DNA from: a virus
Taxonomy: Duplodnaviria > Caudoviricetes
IMG/VR virus record: IMGVR_UViG_3300017721_000069
Location: 1-25,243 of that record
DNA: 25,243 nt
Strand: one strand, 5' to 3'
The notes under the pieces are model-generated. The model made no database searches. It had not been told where the DNA came from and saw only the letters and a program-made list of their open reading frames with translations. Both the position numbers and the translations under genes were made by a program. Below are positions 16,944-25,160 of the stretch, in pieces; within the stretch, counting starts at the first letter, position 1; the number at the start of each line of letters is the position of its first letter.

Positions 16944-17309
16944 TTACGCGTCACCTAAAATTTCACCAGAAACTGTGTACGTTAAATCACTATTAGCACT
17001 AGCTTGTACTCTTAACAAATCTGTTTCATCTAAATAAATTGACGAATTTTTATCTATAACTATTAAGGTTGAATCTGCTGGTACCGCGACTGTTGAGGCA
17101 ATCTCATAATAAGAAGATCCATTATCTCTTGATACTGCTATAGTTATATCTGCTGCATTTGTACCATCTATATTTGCAATTATTATTGTGTTTATTTTAT
17201 ATATTACATCATCAGGTACATCTATGATGTTTACTGCTGAAGTTGTAACTGCCCCATTAATTGTAAATCCATTAATGGATGTTACATTTACTATATTTAC
17301 TGCTGCCAT
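16944..17309 (-). CDS. Small beta-rich tail-associated protein
   Basis: 121 aa; ANIDGTNAADIT, VAVPADSTL, IYLDETDLL; AGGAG RBS. Confidence 0.65.
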   Translation of the reverse strand: MAAVNIVNVTSINGFTINGAVTTSAVNIIDVPDDVIYKINTIIIANIDGTNAADITIAVSRDNGSSYYEIASTVAVPADSTLIVIDKNSSIYLDETDLLRVQASANSDLTYTVSGEILGDA

Positions 17310-17323
17310 ATTTTTCTCCTAAA

Positions 17324-18361
17324 TTATCCGAATACAATAGCCATGGCTATAGCTTTACCTGTTGAGGTTTTTGTATTGAGCTGGGTTTGTATGTTGGAAG
17401 TTACTCCATCACTAAAATTTAATTCTGCTGCTGTGGCTGTTACGTCTGTTCCACCTATATCTAAAGTAGTCATTGAAACTTCACCAGTAACAGATACACC
17501 GCCACTCGTTGTGGCTATTTTTGGATTACCATTATGATAAAGGGTTGCTGCACCATCTTCTGCTGCTGTTATCATGTTTTCATTATTGGCAGCGTTATTT
17601 ACGACAAGTGATGGTGTTAAAATTCTAACAGCATCAGAACCTTTTATAAATAAATCTCCTGTTCCACTACCTGTTACATCATCAATATAGCTATTAGAAC
17701 CATCGTGATAAATCTGTAAATCTGAACCAGCTCCTAAAATTACTTTAGCATTATCTGCAAAAGTTGCATTGCCTGCGTGAGCTGTTGTAGATGCAAAGTC
17801 TGCAGCACCATCTATATCTACTACGTCTAGGTTAGCTGTACCATTAACATCAATAGAACCTTCTAGGTCTATATCACCATTTACAATTAAATCATCTGTT
17901 ACCGTTAAATCATCTTCTACTTTTAGATCTACAACATTAAGGCTAGCAAAAGCGTCAACCATTGCTGCACCAGAACCAGCTCCGTCAGAGTAAATTAACT
18001 TAGTATCTCCAGCAGGTATTGTTATATTAGCTCCACTACCCTGAGAAATAATTATGTTTTGTGAACCAGTAGTACCGTTTTCTATAAACCACATTTTAGA
18101 TACGGTATTAGGGGCTATGGTAATAGTACAAGCACTATCAAGAGTACCTGTATATTTAAGATATAAAGATCTACCAGGATCAGTTGATCCATCTGCTATT
18201 GTGGTTGTATGTGTATCGGCATTAGTTGTTATGGCCTCGGTACCAAAACTAAAGGCTTCACCTATAAGCTCTAAATTGGTATTTGTAGATGTTCCCCAGG
18301 TACCTGATTCGTCACCTGTTGCTATTTCTTTTAACCTAAGATCATTTACATAAGTTGCCAT
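17324..18361 (-). CDS. Tail fibre protein
   Basis: N-terminal TGDESGTWGTSTNTNLELI anchor; beta repeats (LKVEDDLTVTDDLIVNGDIDLEG); DNAKVILGAGSDLQIYHDGSNSYI fibre motif; C-terminal TGKAIAMAIVFG. Confidence 0.8.
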   Translation of the reverse strand: MATYVNDLRLKEIATGDESGTWGTSTNTNLELIGEAFSFGTEAITTNADTHTTTIADGSTDPGRSLYLKYTGTLDSACTITIAPNTVSKMWFIENGTTGSQNIIISQGSGANITIPAGDTKLIYSDGAGSGAAMVDAFASLNVVDLKVEDDLTVTDDLIVNGDIDLEGSIDVNGTANLDVVDIDGAADFASTTAHAGNATFADNAKVILGAGSDLQIYHDGSNSYIDDVTGSGTGDLFIKGSDAVRILTPSLVVNNAANNENMITAAEDGAATLYHNGNPKIATTSGGVSVTGEVSMTTLDIGGTDVTATAAELNFSDGVTSNIQTQLNTKTSTGKAIAMAIVFG

Positions 18362-18381
18362 ATTTATCTCCGTTCAAATTT

Positions 18382-18410
18382 ATTATAAGTTGTTTTTTCA
18401 TAAAAGTTAA
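18382..18410 (-). promoter_or_regulatory. Candidate sigma70 promoter for the tail fibre block
   Basis: TTAACT-N17-TATAAT in the 45-nt gap upstream of the GGAG RBS of the fibre gene. Confidence 0.5.
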
Positions 18411-19054
18411 GCGACTTCTTCCCAGTTAGGGGTTTGTGTATCATCAATTAAGCTCCAAATACGTGTAGATCCTACCAAACCTTCTGCTTGTCCTAATTCT
18501 GGGAATACATTTGCTTTACAAACTGTGGTAACTGTACCTAAGGAAGAAGTAGCAGCAACACCATCTACAAAAACATTATTTACTGTACTGGTTGAACTTG
18601 TACCTAAAGCTGACGTAGCACTAAAGCCAGAAACTGATAAATTATTATTACTGACTGTCGTAGCAGTTCCTAACTCTCCAACCATAGGTGAGTCAAAATC
18701 AGTATTAGCAGGTATATTATTGTTTGTTATTAAACTTGATGTGCCTAAAGCTGAAGTGCTACTTAAACCACTTACGCTAATATTATTTACTGAAGTTGTT
18801 GTAGCTGTACCTAGATTACCTGCTGCTAATAAAGTTGTAGGTGTTACGTTAGCTTCAGCTTGAATTGTTACATTAACAGAACCTAAACTAGCAGTGACTC
18901 CACCTACTGATACTATAGCTTGTGCGTTAACTGCTGCAACTGGAGTTCCTGTTGAACCTGCTGCGGGTGCGGTTATTGAAAGAGGAACACTTGCTTCACC
19001 ATAAGCGAGTTGACCCCAAGTACCTCGACTCCAGCCGTTAAGGAACTCAGCCAT
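18407..19054 (-). CDS. Repeat-rich virion structural protein
   Basis: GWSRGTWGQLAYG N-terminus; about 22-aa Ser/Thr-rich repeats (V.G..ATSALGT.....N). Confidence 0.65.
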   Translation of the reverse strand: MAEFLNGWSRGTWGQLAYGEASVPLSITAPAAGSTGTPVAAVNAQAIVSVGGVTASLGSVNVTIQAEANVTPTTLLAAGNLGTATTTSVNNISVSGLSSTSALGTSSLITNNNIPANTDFDSPMVGELGTATTVSNNNLSVSGFSATSALGTSSTSTVNNVFVDGVAATSSLGTVTTVCKANVFPELGQAEGLVGSTRIWSLIDDTQTPNWEEVA

Positions 19055-19055
19055 T

Positions 19056-19481
19056 TTAAGCTATACGTATAATCGCTGTGCTTGCTGCTGCTGCTGGAAA
19101 AACAATAGTAAAATCGCCTGCTGTTGAAGTTTTATCTCCACCAAAGTCAATTGTTGCTACTGACTTATCGCCATTTGTGTCGTTGTAGATAAGACAACCT
19201 CTAGCTGTAACAGTCGCTGTACCAAAAGTTAAATCTGCAAAATCAGTAAAACCAGTAGTTCCAGAACTTGTAGGTGCAACTTTAGTTAAAACATTACCGC
19301 CTGCTGTGTAGTTAGTACCACTTGATTCTTGTGAAGTTGAATAAGCAGTTGTAGTTGCTCCCATAGTGGCAGAGCTTGTGAATAGAGCAAGTTTGAAAGC
19401 GTTACCATTAGTTGCAAAATTATGTGTTGCAGTTAATAGTTCTTTTTTAAAACTTGTGGTTAGTGTTGATGTAATGGCCAT
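19056..19481 (-). CDS. Conserved virion structural protein
   Basis: TSFKKELL, FKLALFTSSA, YTAGG..L, DFAD, TARGCLIYN, DFGGDKTSTAGDFTIVFP. Confidence 0.7.
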   Translation of the reverse strand: MAITSTLTTSFKKELLTATHNFATNGNAFKLALFTSSATMGATTTAYSTSQESSGTNYTAGGNVLTKVAPTSSGTTGFTDFADLTFGTATVTARGCLIYNDTNGDKSVATIDFGGDKTSTAGDFTIVFPAAAASTAIIRIA

Positions 19482-19482
19482 A

Positions 19483-19782
19483 TTAAATACCTTTAATTAT
19501 TTTTGCTATATCTTCGCTACCTTGACCAGATAAATCTTGTATCAAAGTGGCTTTATAAGATTTTATAGCATTTTTTATATAAATCAAACAAACTTGATAA
19601 ATCATATCTCTATATGCTTTTGCTTGCTCTTGTATATAAGGATCTTGGCTTTCACTATGGCTGACTATTTTATCAGTAAGTCTTTCCGCCCAAAACTCTG
19701 GAGGATGTCCACCATAATTAGTAGTTTTTGCTTCTATTATGCCTAATCCAGGTACTCCAGCAGGAGTTATATGATCTACCAT
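19483..19782 (-). CDS. Hypothetical protein
   Basis: 99 aa ORF packed between neighbours on the coding strand. Confidence 0.6.
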   Translation of the reverse strand: MVDHITPAGVPGLGIIEAKTTNYGGHPPEFWAERLTDKIVSHSESQDPYIQEQAKAYRDMIYQVCLIYIKNAIKSYKATLIQDLSGQGSEDIAKIIKGI

Positions 19783-20507
19783 TTTTTTGGTTCAGGAGAC
19801 ATTAAATGTGAGTCGTTTCTGTCTATTAACACAGGTTTATGTACTTTTTTTGTTATTTTTAAATTATTTAATTTTTCAATTTTTAAACCTTCTTCATCAG
19901 ACATTACCACTAAAGGATTTGATAACCTATGATAACCATATAATTTTTGTTCTGCTGGTACGTCTGTATCAAGTAAACCAGAGGTGCTTGCTACTTCTAC
20001 CTGCATACCTGATGAAATACATTTGCTCAACCAAAATTCAGTACAAGCTCTTCCCGCTTCTGCAAAATGTAAGTTGCCTTTGTAAGAAAAATCTACACCA
20101 AACATTTTAATATTTGCCACCTCATTCCAATAAGCAAAGGCTACAGCATAAGCAACAGTATTGTTAAGGTAATAGCAATTAGTATCTTTAATTACCTCTT
20201 CTATTGGATAATCAACTAAGCCGGGGCATCTATCATCTAATTCACAAGTGTAAATAGGACCTTTATGTTCTTGCAACATTTTAGACATCATTTCTGTTTG
20301 ACCACCAGCATCATCTGTATCTAAAAATCTAGATGCAGGATCCATCATAAATACTCTATCGTGAAATATTACTGTTCCTACACCATTTATTGCCCAGACT
20401 TCATCAAAATGAACTCCGTGTGATTTTGCAAGATTATAATCAAACCAGCTTTTACCTAGACCAACTATAGCTACTGATTTACCCTTCAGACTTTCAATTT
20501 TTTCCAT
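19776..20507 (-). CDS. Rossmann-like nucleotide-sugar transferase-like protein (GT29/GT42/Maf-like fold)
   Basis: KSVAIVGLGKS, WAIN, VFMMD, NTVAYAVAFAYW, IKMFGVDFSY motif order. Confidence 0.55.
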   Translation of the reverse strand: MEKIESLKGKSVAIVGLGKSWFDYNLAKSHGVHFDEVWAINGVGTVIFHDRVFMMDPASRFLDTDDAGGQTEMMSKMLQEHKGPIYTCELDDRCPGLVDYPIEEVIKDTNCYYLNNTVAYAVAFAYWNEVANIKMFGVDFSYKGNLHFAEAGRACTEFWLSKCISSGMQVEVASTSGLLDTDVPAEQKLYGYHRLSNPLVVMSDEEGLKIEKLNNLKITKKVHKPVLIDRNDSHLMSPEPKKW

Positions 20508-20514
20508 GTATTTT

Positions 20515-21189
20515 TTAAGATACCGTAGACCTCAATGAATCATACCGGTACTCATCTCTCCTTCCGCGAGCTTCTGCAAGATTTTTCAATCTAGTTATTT
20601 CAAGTAAAAAGCGTTGCTCGTACTGCTGTTGCATGTCACTTTCACCCTTTAAAAATATATTAGCTTCCACTAATGAACCATATAATAAGGCATTTCTTGC
20701 ATTTTGTGAAATCCAGGTTCCTGTAGTGTCTGTAACTACTGAATTTGGTTTGTAAAGATAGTGTAATTCTACATTATAAGATTGGTCTGGAACTGGGCTT
20801 ACAATTAATGTAGAGCCATTGTTAGACGCTGTATTGAGTTCTTTATCAAAGTCTGCATAATATAAAGGTCTTGCTCTCTCAGACGTTGCTGTTGGATCTA
20901 CGGCGTACTCACGCATAAATGTAGTATGTTTCTTGTCTAAATAGTGATAATCACCATCACCATCTATTACAGCTAATGAAAATGACATTTGAAAATCATT
21001 AGGAGCTGTTAAATAGGTATTACCAGCAGTTAATTCACCAGTTACATTTTTACGAAAGTAATCTAATTGAATTAACTCAAATATTCTATCTTCTGCATTT
21101 TTAATAAAATCATCTAACGTATTAACAAAAGTAGTTTCTGAGTTTTGTACGTAGTTTTGTATTAATGTTTTAAGCTCTGCTAGTGTCAT
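20515..21189 (-). CDS. Head-tail adaptor / tail tubular protein A-like
   Basis: MTLAELKTLIQNY, FIKNAEDRI, RPLYYA, VSPVPDQSYNVELHY, ALLYGSLVEA. Confidence 0.75.
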   Translation of the reverse strand: MTLAELKTLIQNYVQNSETTFVNTLDDFIKNAEDRIFELIQLDYFRKNVTGELTAGNTYLTAPNDFQMSFSLAVIDGDGDYHYLDKKHTTFMREYAVDPTATSERARPLYYADFDKELNTASNNGSTLIVSPVPDQSYNVELHYLYKPNSVVTDTTGTWISQNARNALLYGSLVEANIFLKGESDMQQQYEQRFLLEITRLKNLAEARGRRDEYRYDSLRSTVS

Positions 21190-21527
21190 GTTATAACTAT
21201 TGTAACCTCACCTAATCCACCTGTCATCTTTGGTACCACAAAGTTTGTTGGTAGCGTGGAGGGATTCATAAAATCTGGTTTATATATATTTGAATTTACT
21301 ACAACAACAAAACCCTCACCTTCTTCTTGATCATTATTAGGTCTTGGTTTGTATAGTGCTTCTGGGTCTGCTTTAGCAGTAAGTGGCTCTAACTGTGGAT
21401 GTTTCGGTTCATAGCATTCAGAACAAACCTTTGCACCATTCCATTCTTGTTTCAACTCACTTAATTTGTATTCAAACGCACATCTATCGCATAAAGCACG
21501 TGCAAACTTACCTAAAGCGTAAGCCAT
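21186..21527 (-). CDS. Zinc-ribbon protein
   Basis: CDRC...EWNGAKVCSECYEPKHPQL (two CxxC). Confidence 0.7.
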   Translation of the reverse strand: MAYALGKFARALCDRCAFEYKLSELKQEWNGAKVCSECYEPKHPQLEPLTAKADPEALYKPRPNNDQEEGEGFVVVVNSNIYKPDFMNPSTLPTNFVVPKMTGGLGEVTIVIT

Positions 21528-21528
21528 T

Positions 21529-22200
21529 TTAATTCATCCTGGTGTAAGGTCTTACTCTAAACGAAGCTCTATCTTCATCTTGATCTGCTGCTCTACGGAA
21601 CTCTTCTTCGTATATAGCTTTTAATTGTGGGGTAAGCTGTGGATTCTTTTTTAATGATATGTAATAAGCTAAACCTGCAACAAAACAAGGATAAAACCTA
21701 AAAGGCATATCCATGGTGTTTGTAGCCTTATCTGCATCATCCATTCTTACTATTTTGTTAAATACAAGCACGTCTGTACTGTTTTCGGGAGCAGGCCATA
21801 CTTTTAATACTGGCGTAGATAACTTATCAAAAAAGAACTGTGATGGTCTAGCTTTGGTAGTTTTGTTAGGAATATTAATAAACTCAGATCTACTTATTCT
21901 ACTAATGCTTATATCTGTTGGTACATTGTTTACTGTTCTACGAACTACGACATCTAGTACATCAATAATATTTGTGTTGAGAGGGTAATCATTTTGTCCT
22001 TCTACAACTGTTTCTGTACCTTGTTCTATAGTCCATTGGTTTAAACCACGATTAGCCCATTCTGCTAGCATAAGGTTTACACTGCGAATAGCAGTTTTTA
22101 GGTCATAACCTGTTCTAAGCTCTAAACCACAGCGTTCATAAGCTTCTTCAATAAACTCAGTTACGTTTGGTTCAAAATTTGTGCTACCTGATAATGCCAT
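21529..22200 (-). CDS. Head-tail adaptor-like protein
   Basis: IEEAYERCG, AIRSVNLMLAEWANRGLN.W, RPSQFF, VWPAPE, MPFRFYPCFVAGLAYY; start set at ATG 22200 behind GGA RBS. Confidence 0.75.
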   Translation of the reverse strand: MALSGSTNFEPNVTEFIEEAYERCGLELRTGYDLKTAIRSVNLMLAEWANRGLNQWTIEQGTETVVEGQNDYPLNTNIIDVLDVVVRRTVNNVPTDISISRISRSEFINIPNKTTKARPSQFFFDKLSTPVLKVWPAPENSTDVLVFNKIVRMDDADKATNTMDMPFRFYPCFVAGLAYYISLKKNPQLTPQLKAIYEEEFRRAADQDEDRASFRVRPYTRMN

Positions 22201-22201
22201 A

Positions 22202-22888
22202 TTAATCCTTATCTTCCTCTGGGGCGTATAAATTGTCAAATACTTGATTTACATCCAAAGTATAATCTAAATCGGACTTACTGTAATGAATATGTTGAGA
22301 AGGTTTAAAATCTGGGGCACCTTCTCCTAACTCAAACTGAGCAGGTCTTGTTACTCTTACCCTGTTATTTGGTAAAGCTACTATATTTCCTGTCCATTTT
22401 CCTGCGTCTAATAATTCAAGAACATGATTCTGTTTATGTTGAGCAGGATCATCAGATGTATCAGACTCTGTGTAATCTACAGTAAAATAATATTTTGCAG
22501 GGTAGAATTTACCATCAATTTTAGCCATCCAAGGACATGGAGAGCAATTTTCTAGTACATATATACTATGTGTGCGAGATGCACAGTCCCAGGGTTGAGC
22601 TGCCCATACTTCCATAGGTTCAGGCCATTCTTCAAAAGGAGTATCTCCAACAAGAGCTGTTATAGGCATTCTTGCCCACATAGCACCACCATGAACATTA
22701 GGCTCATCTGTATCGTATGTTTCTGCACCAGTAAAAATTACTTGGAATGATAGACAGCGTTTTTGGATTGTTGTAACGCCAATAACCATAGCGTGTAAAA
22801 ACTCACCATGATATTTTTCGTGATTATGTGTATATTCTTTTCTTACCCAACATTTGAAATAAGGAATGCTGCTTTGTAAATAAGCCAT
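22202..22888 (-). CDS. Conserved hypothetical phage protein
   Basis: 228 aa; GGAMWARMPITAL, QPWDC, YYFTVDY, QHKQNHVLEL, GNIVALPNNRVRV. Confidence 0.7.
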   Translation of the reverse strand: MAYLQSSIPYFKCWVRKEYTHNHEKYHGEFLHAMVIGVTTIQKRCLSFQVIFTGAETYDTDEPNVHGGAMWARMPITALVGDTPFEEWPEPMEVWAAQPWDCASRTHSIYVLENCSPCPWMAKIDGKFYPAKYYFTVDYTESDTSDDPAQHKQNHVLELLDAGKWTGNIVALPNNRVRVTRPAQFELGEGAPDFKPSQHIHYSKSDLDYTLDVNQVFDNLYAPEEDKD

Positions 22889-22898
22889 TTTAAAAACC

Positions 22899-23072
22899 TT
22901 ATACTTTGCCGCCTCTTTTATATCCTTTGGTGTTCATTGCTCCACCACCCGCTTTGCCTTTGGGTTTTACGACTCCACCTGTAGCGTAACCTTTAGTTTT
23001 CATAACTCCGCCACCTTTTTTCATACCTTTTCTTTTTCCGCCTATAGCATAACCTTTTGTTTTTTTATACAT
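22899..23072 (-). CDS. Lys/Gly-rich repeat microprotein, 57 aa (not in ORF track)
   Basis: MYKKTKGYAIGGKEKGMKKGGGVMKTKGYATGGVVKPKGKAGGGAMNTKGYKRGGKV*; AGGAG RBS just upstream. Confidence 0.8.
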   Translation of the reverse strand: MYKKTKGYAIGGKRKGMKKGGGVMKTKGYATGGVVKPKGKAGGGAMNTKGYKRGGKV

Positions 23073-23081
23073 TTTATACTC

Positions 23082-23279
23082 CTAACTTATTGTAGTTACT
23101 TTTCTTTTCTGATCCATGACAGATCCACAACCTTTGGCTATGAAACCACCATTTTTCTTTTTAACTCTATTTTGTGCAGCCATAGATTTTTCAATAGCTT
23201 TAGCTCTTTTTTCTTCATAAGAGTTAATTTTACCATCTTTGTTAAGATCTGCTTTTTTTGGGTTTTTTAATTTTGCCAT
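23082..23279 (-). CDS. Small basic protein with EF-hand-like loop
   Basis: DLNKDGKINSYE; C-terminal KKKNGGFIAKGCG. Confidence 0.7.
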   Translation of the reverse strand: MAKLKNPKKADLNKDGKINSYEEKRAKAIEKSMAAQNRVKKKNGGFIAKGCGSVMDQKRKVTTIS

Positions 23280-23288
23280 AATATTATT

Positions 23289-23561
23289 CTATCTTAATCT
23301 ATTAGTCATAACAATTCCTTGACCTCTAACAGTACCACCTGCATACATTTTTTTTCTTTTTGGTTTTTTCCAACTAATTCTATCTGGACCTTTCTTTTTG
23401 TCTTTAGCATCATTACATTGTGCTTTGGTTGGTCTACATGCTGGATATGGTCTTTTAGATTTTGTTCTTGATTTTCTTCCACAAGGTTTACCAGTTTTAC
23501 AATCAATCCAACCTTTTCCATCGTTGCGATCAAACCATTTCTTTAAATTGTCGCTAGCCAT
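23289..23561 (-). CDS. Small basic Cys-containing protein
   Basis: LKKWF..GWIDCKTGKPCGR..YPACRP; TAATG overlap with upstream gene. Confidence 0.7.
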   Translation of the reverse strand: MASDNLKKWFDRNDGKGWIDCKTGKPCGRKSRTKSKRPYPACRPTKAQCNDAKDKKKGPDRISWKKPKRKKMYAGGTVRGQGIVMTNRLR

Positions 23562-23779
23562 TATCTTAATCTATCAGGCATTACAATACCTTGTCCTCTT
23601 ACAGCACCTCCAGTAGCTTTTTTTACTCTAGATTTATTACCCCAGTTTTTTGCACCAACTTTTCTGCATTTTACTAAAGCCCCAGAGCCATAAGCAGATG
23701 GCCAAGTGCCGCCGTCTTTTGTATATCTAGCTTTTACTTTATGGTAACAAGCATCCTTTTTGGTTTCTTTTTTCGCCAT
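23561..23779 (-). CDS. Small basic protein
   Basis: DACYHKVKARY..WPSAYGSGALVKCRK. Confidence 0.7.
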   Translation of the reverse strand: MAKKETKKDACYHKVKARYTKDGGTWPSAYGSGALVKCRKVGAKNWGNKSRVKKATGGAVRGQGIVMPDRLR

Positions 23780-24052
23780 CTAACAATCCCAGTCTCTTCT
23801 AGCCCAGTAGTTAGCACTACATCTATCACTTTTTATTCCGCTACTTCTAGCACAGTATGATTTTTTTCTTGATGCAGTATTTTTGTGCATACCCATTTTT
23901 GCATCGCCAAAAGTAATTCTTTTGACTCTACTACTTTCGCTACTACAGTTCTTAACAAAAACTTCTTTTCGCTTCTTACCATATCCAGGGCTACCTTTTG
24001 GGATAGCCCTAGGTCTGTTTAAAGTTACTGTTTTGCCTTTATATTCAGCCAT
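23780..24052 (-). CDS. Small basic protein (RKSxCAR family)
   Basis: KRITFGD..M, RKKSYCARS, SANYWARRDWDC. Confidence 0.7.
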   Translation of the reverse strand: MAEYKGKTVTLNRPRAIPKGSPGYGKKRKEVFVKNCSSESSRVKRITFGDAKMGMHKNTASRKKSYCARSSGIKSDRCSANYWARRDWDC

Positions 24053-24057
24053 TCATC

Positions 24058-24468
24058 TTAGCTGTAATCTTTAATTAAAGTTAAGACTATAACGTAAGAA
24101 TCTCCGCTTGAGGCACCAGTTGTAGTCAACTTGATATCTCCTGTTTTACCAGAAGCCGCAGCAGTATTTTGTATACCACCAAAGTCTGTAAAATCTTCAT
24201 CTGTTGTATAGTCTGAATTAAGATCCCAACATATAGTATTGGTAGTAGCGTGCCATAAAAGTTTTACGCTCATTCCAAAAGTAGAATAAACAATTCTACC
24301 AAGCTTAACGCCTGTACAAGCTTGACCATTAGCAGTGTTAGCAGCTAAAGCACTAACATCTACCTTTGTGACTGCACTTTCACCAGTACCATCAGATGTA
24401 TTAGTTAGCTGTATAACAGCTATTCTATTACCATCTTGTATTGTTGTTGAAGTTACTGCGTCTGCCAT
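24058..24468 (-). CDS. Putative capsid decoration / structural protein
   Basis: 136 aa beta-rich, AAGGAG RBS, second gene after the capsid gene. Confidence 0.6.
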   Translation of the reverse strand: MADAVTSTTIQDGNRIAVIQLTNTSDGTGESAVTKVDVSALAANTANGQACTGVKLGRIVYSTFGMSVKLLWHATTNTICWDLNSDYTTDEDFTDFGGIQNTAAASGKTGDIKLTTTGASSGDSYVIVLTLIKDYS

Positions 24469-24478
24469 AAATTACTCC

Positions 24479-24985
24479 TTACGCGTCAGCAAATGGAGTT
24501 ACTACAGTACCAGAAGCAAGGTTAATACCTTCTACCGCGTACTTGGCTGCACCTATTGCTGTAACTTTAATGATTGTTCCTACTATTCCGCCTTTAGTTG
24601 TACCATTTAAAGTAATAACATCATTACTAGCACCTGAGAAAAATGCTTTTCCTGCTGCATCGCTTTTACCCATAAGTACCCCACCTACGAACTTATCTGT
24701 TCCGTCAGTTTTAATATCTAAGTCTGTAGCTGCTGTTTCAATTACAAAAGTAAATGTAGCACCTAAGTTGTTAGTTTGATTTGGATCATCATCTGAACCT
24801 GGTGCGGTAGCTACAATGCTAGGTAATGTAAACTTACCATCAGCATCATTGCAAGTAAGAACTTTACCTGCGTGTGCATCTACTGTAAGTGTTGTGTCAG
24901 CAGTTAAGCTAACCACATTTGCATTACCTGCTGAGATAAATCCAGATAATGATTTAACTGGACCTGAGAATGTTGATTTTGCCAT
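24479..24985 (-). CDS. Putative capsid decoration / head fibre protein
   Basis: MAKSTFSGPVKS..GF N-terminus typical of the gene following the capsid gene in marine phages; strong AGGAGG RBS. Confidence 0.65.
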   Translation of the reverse strand: MAKSTFSGPVKSLSGFISAGNANVVSLTADTTLTVDAHAGKVLTCNDADGKFTLPSIVATAPGSDDDPNQTNNLGATFTFVIETAATDLDIKTDGTDKFVGGVLMGKSDAAGKAFFSGASNDVITLNGTTKGGIVGTIIKVTAIGAAKYAVEGINLASGTVVTPFADA

Positions 24986-24994
24986 AATTTCCTC

Positions 24995-25066
24995 CTGGGA
25001 AATAAGTTCTACCGTCTTGGCTTGTCTGCTAGGTCAGTCTGTAGAACAAGTTAATAAATCCTAGAA
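24995..25066 (-). ncRNA. Structured leader downstream of the capsid gene, candidate Mu-gpT-DE-like RNA motif
   Basis: GTTCTAC/GTAGAAC 7-bp stem (25006-25012 with 25041-25047) enclosing GACTGACCTAGCAGAC; location matches the described motif; family assignment is from memory and unverified. Confidence 0.45.
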
Positions 25067-25089
25067 TTAAATGATATACCTTATTTTAG

Positions 25090-25117
25090 AAAAAAGAAAG
25101 GGAGCCGAAGCTCCCTT
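25090..25117 (-). terminator. Rho-independent terminator after capsid gene
   Basis: AAGGGAGC-TTCG-GCTCCCTT hairpin (C-UUCG-G tetraloop) followed by TCTTTTTT. Confidence 0.92.
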
Positions 25118-25160
25118 AAATAATTGTAGTTGAGTGAGAAACGCTACAATAAATCGTTCC

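Noticed and set aside
12322-23533. Alternative-frame minus ORFs 12322-12519, 14296-14490, 15938-16180, 23306-23533
   Set aside because: Nested in better-supported genes with no motif support.
203-25064. All plus-strand ORFs in the track
   Set aside because: They lie antisense to well-supported minus-strand genes and have no recognisable motifs; shadow ORFs.
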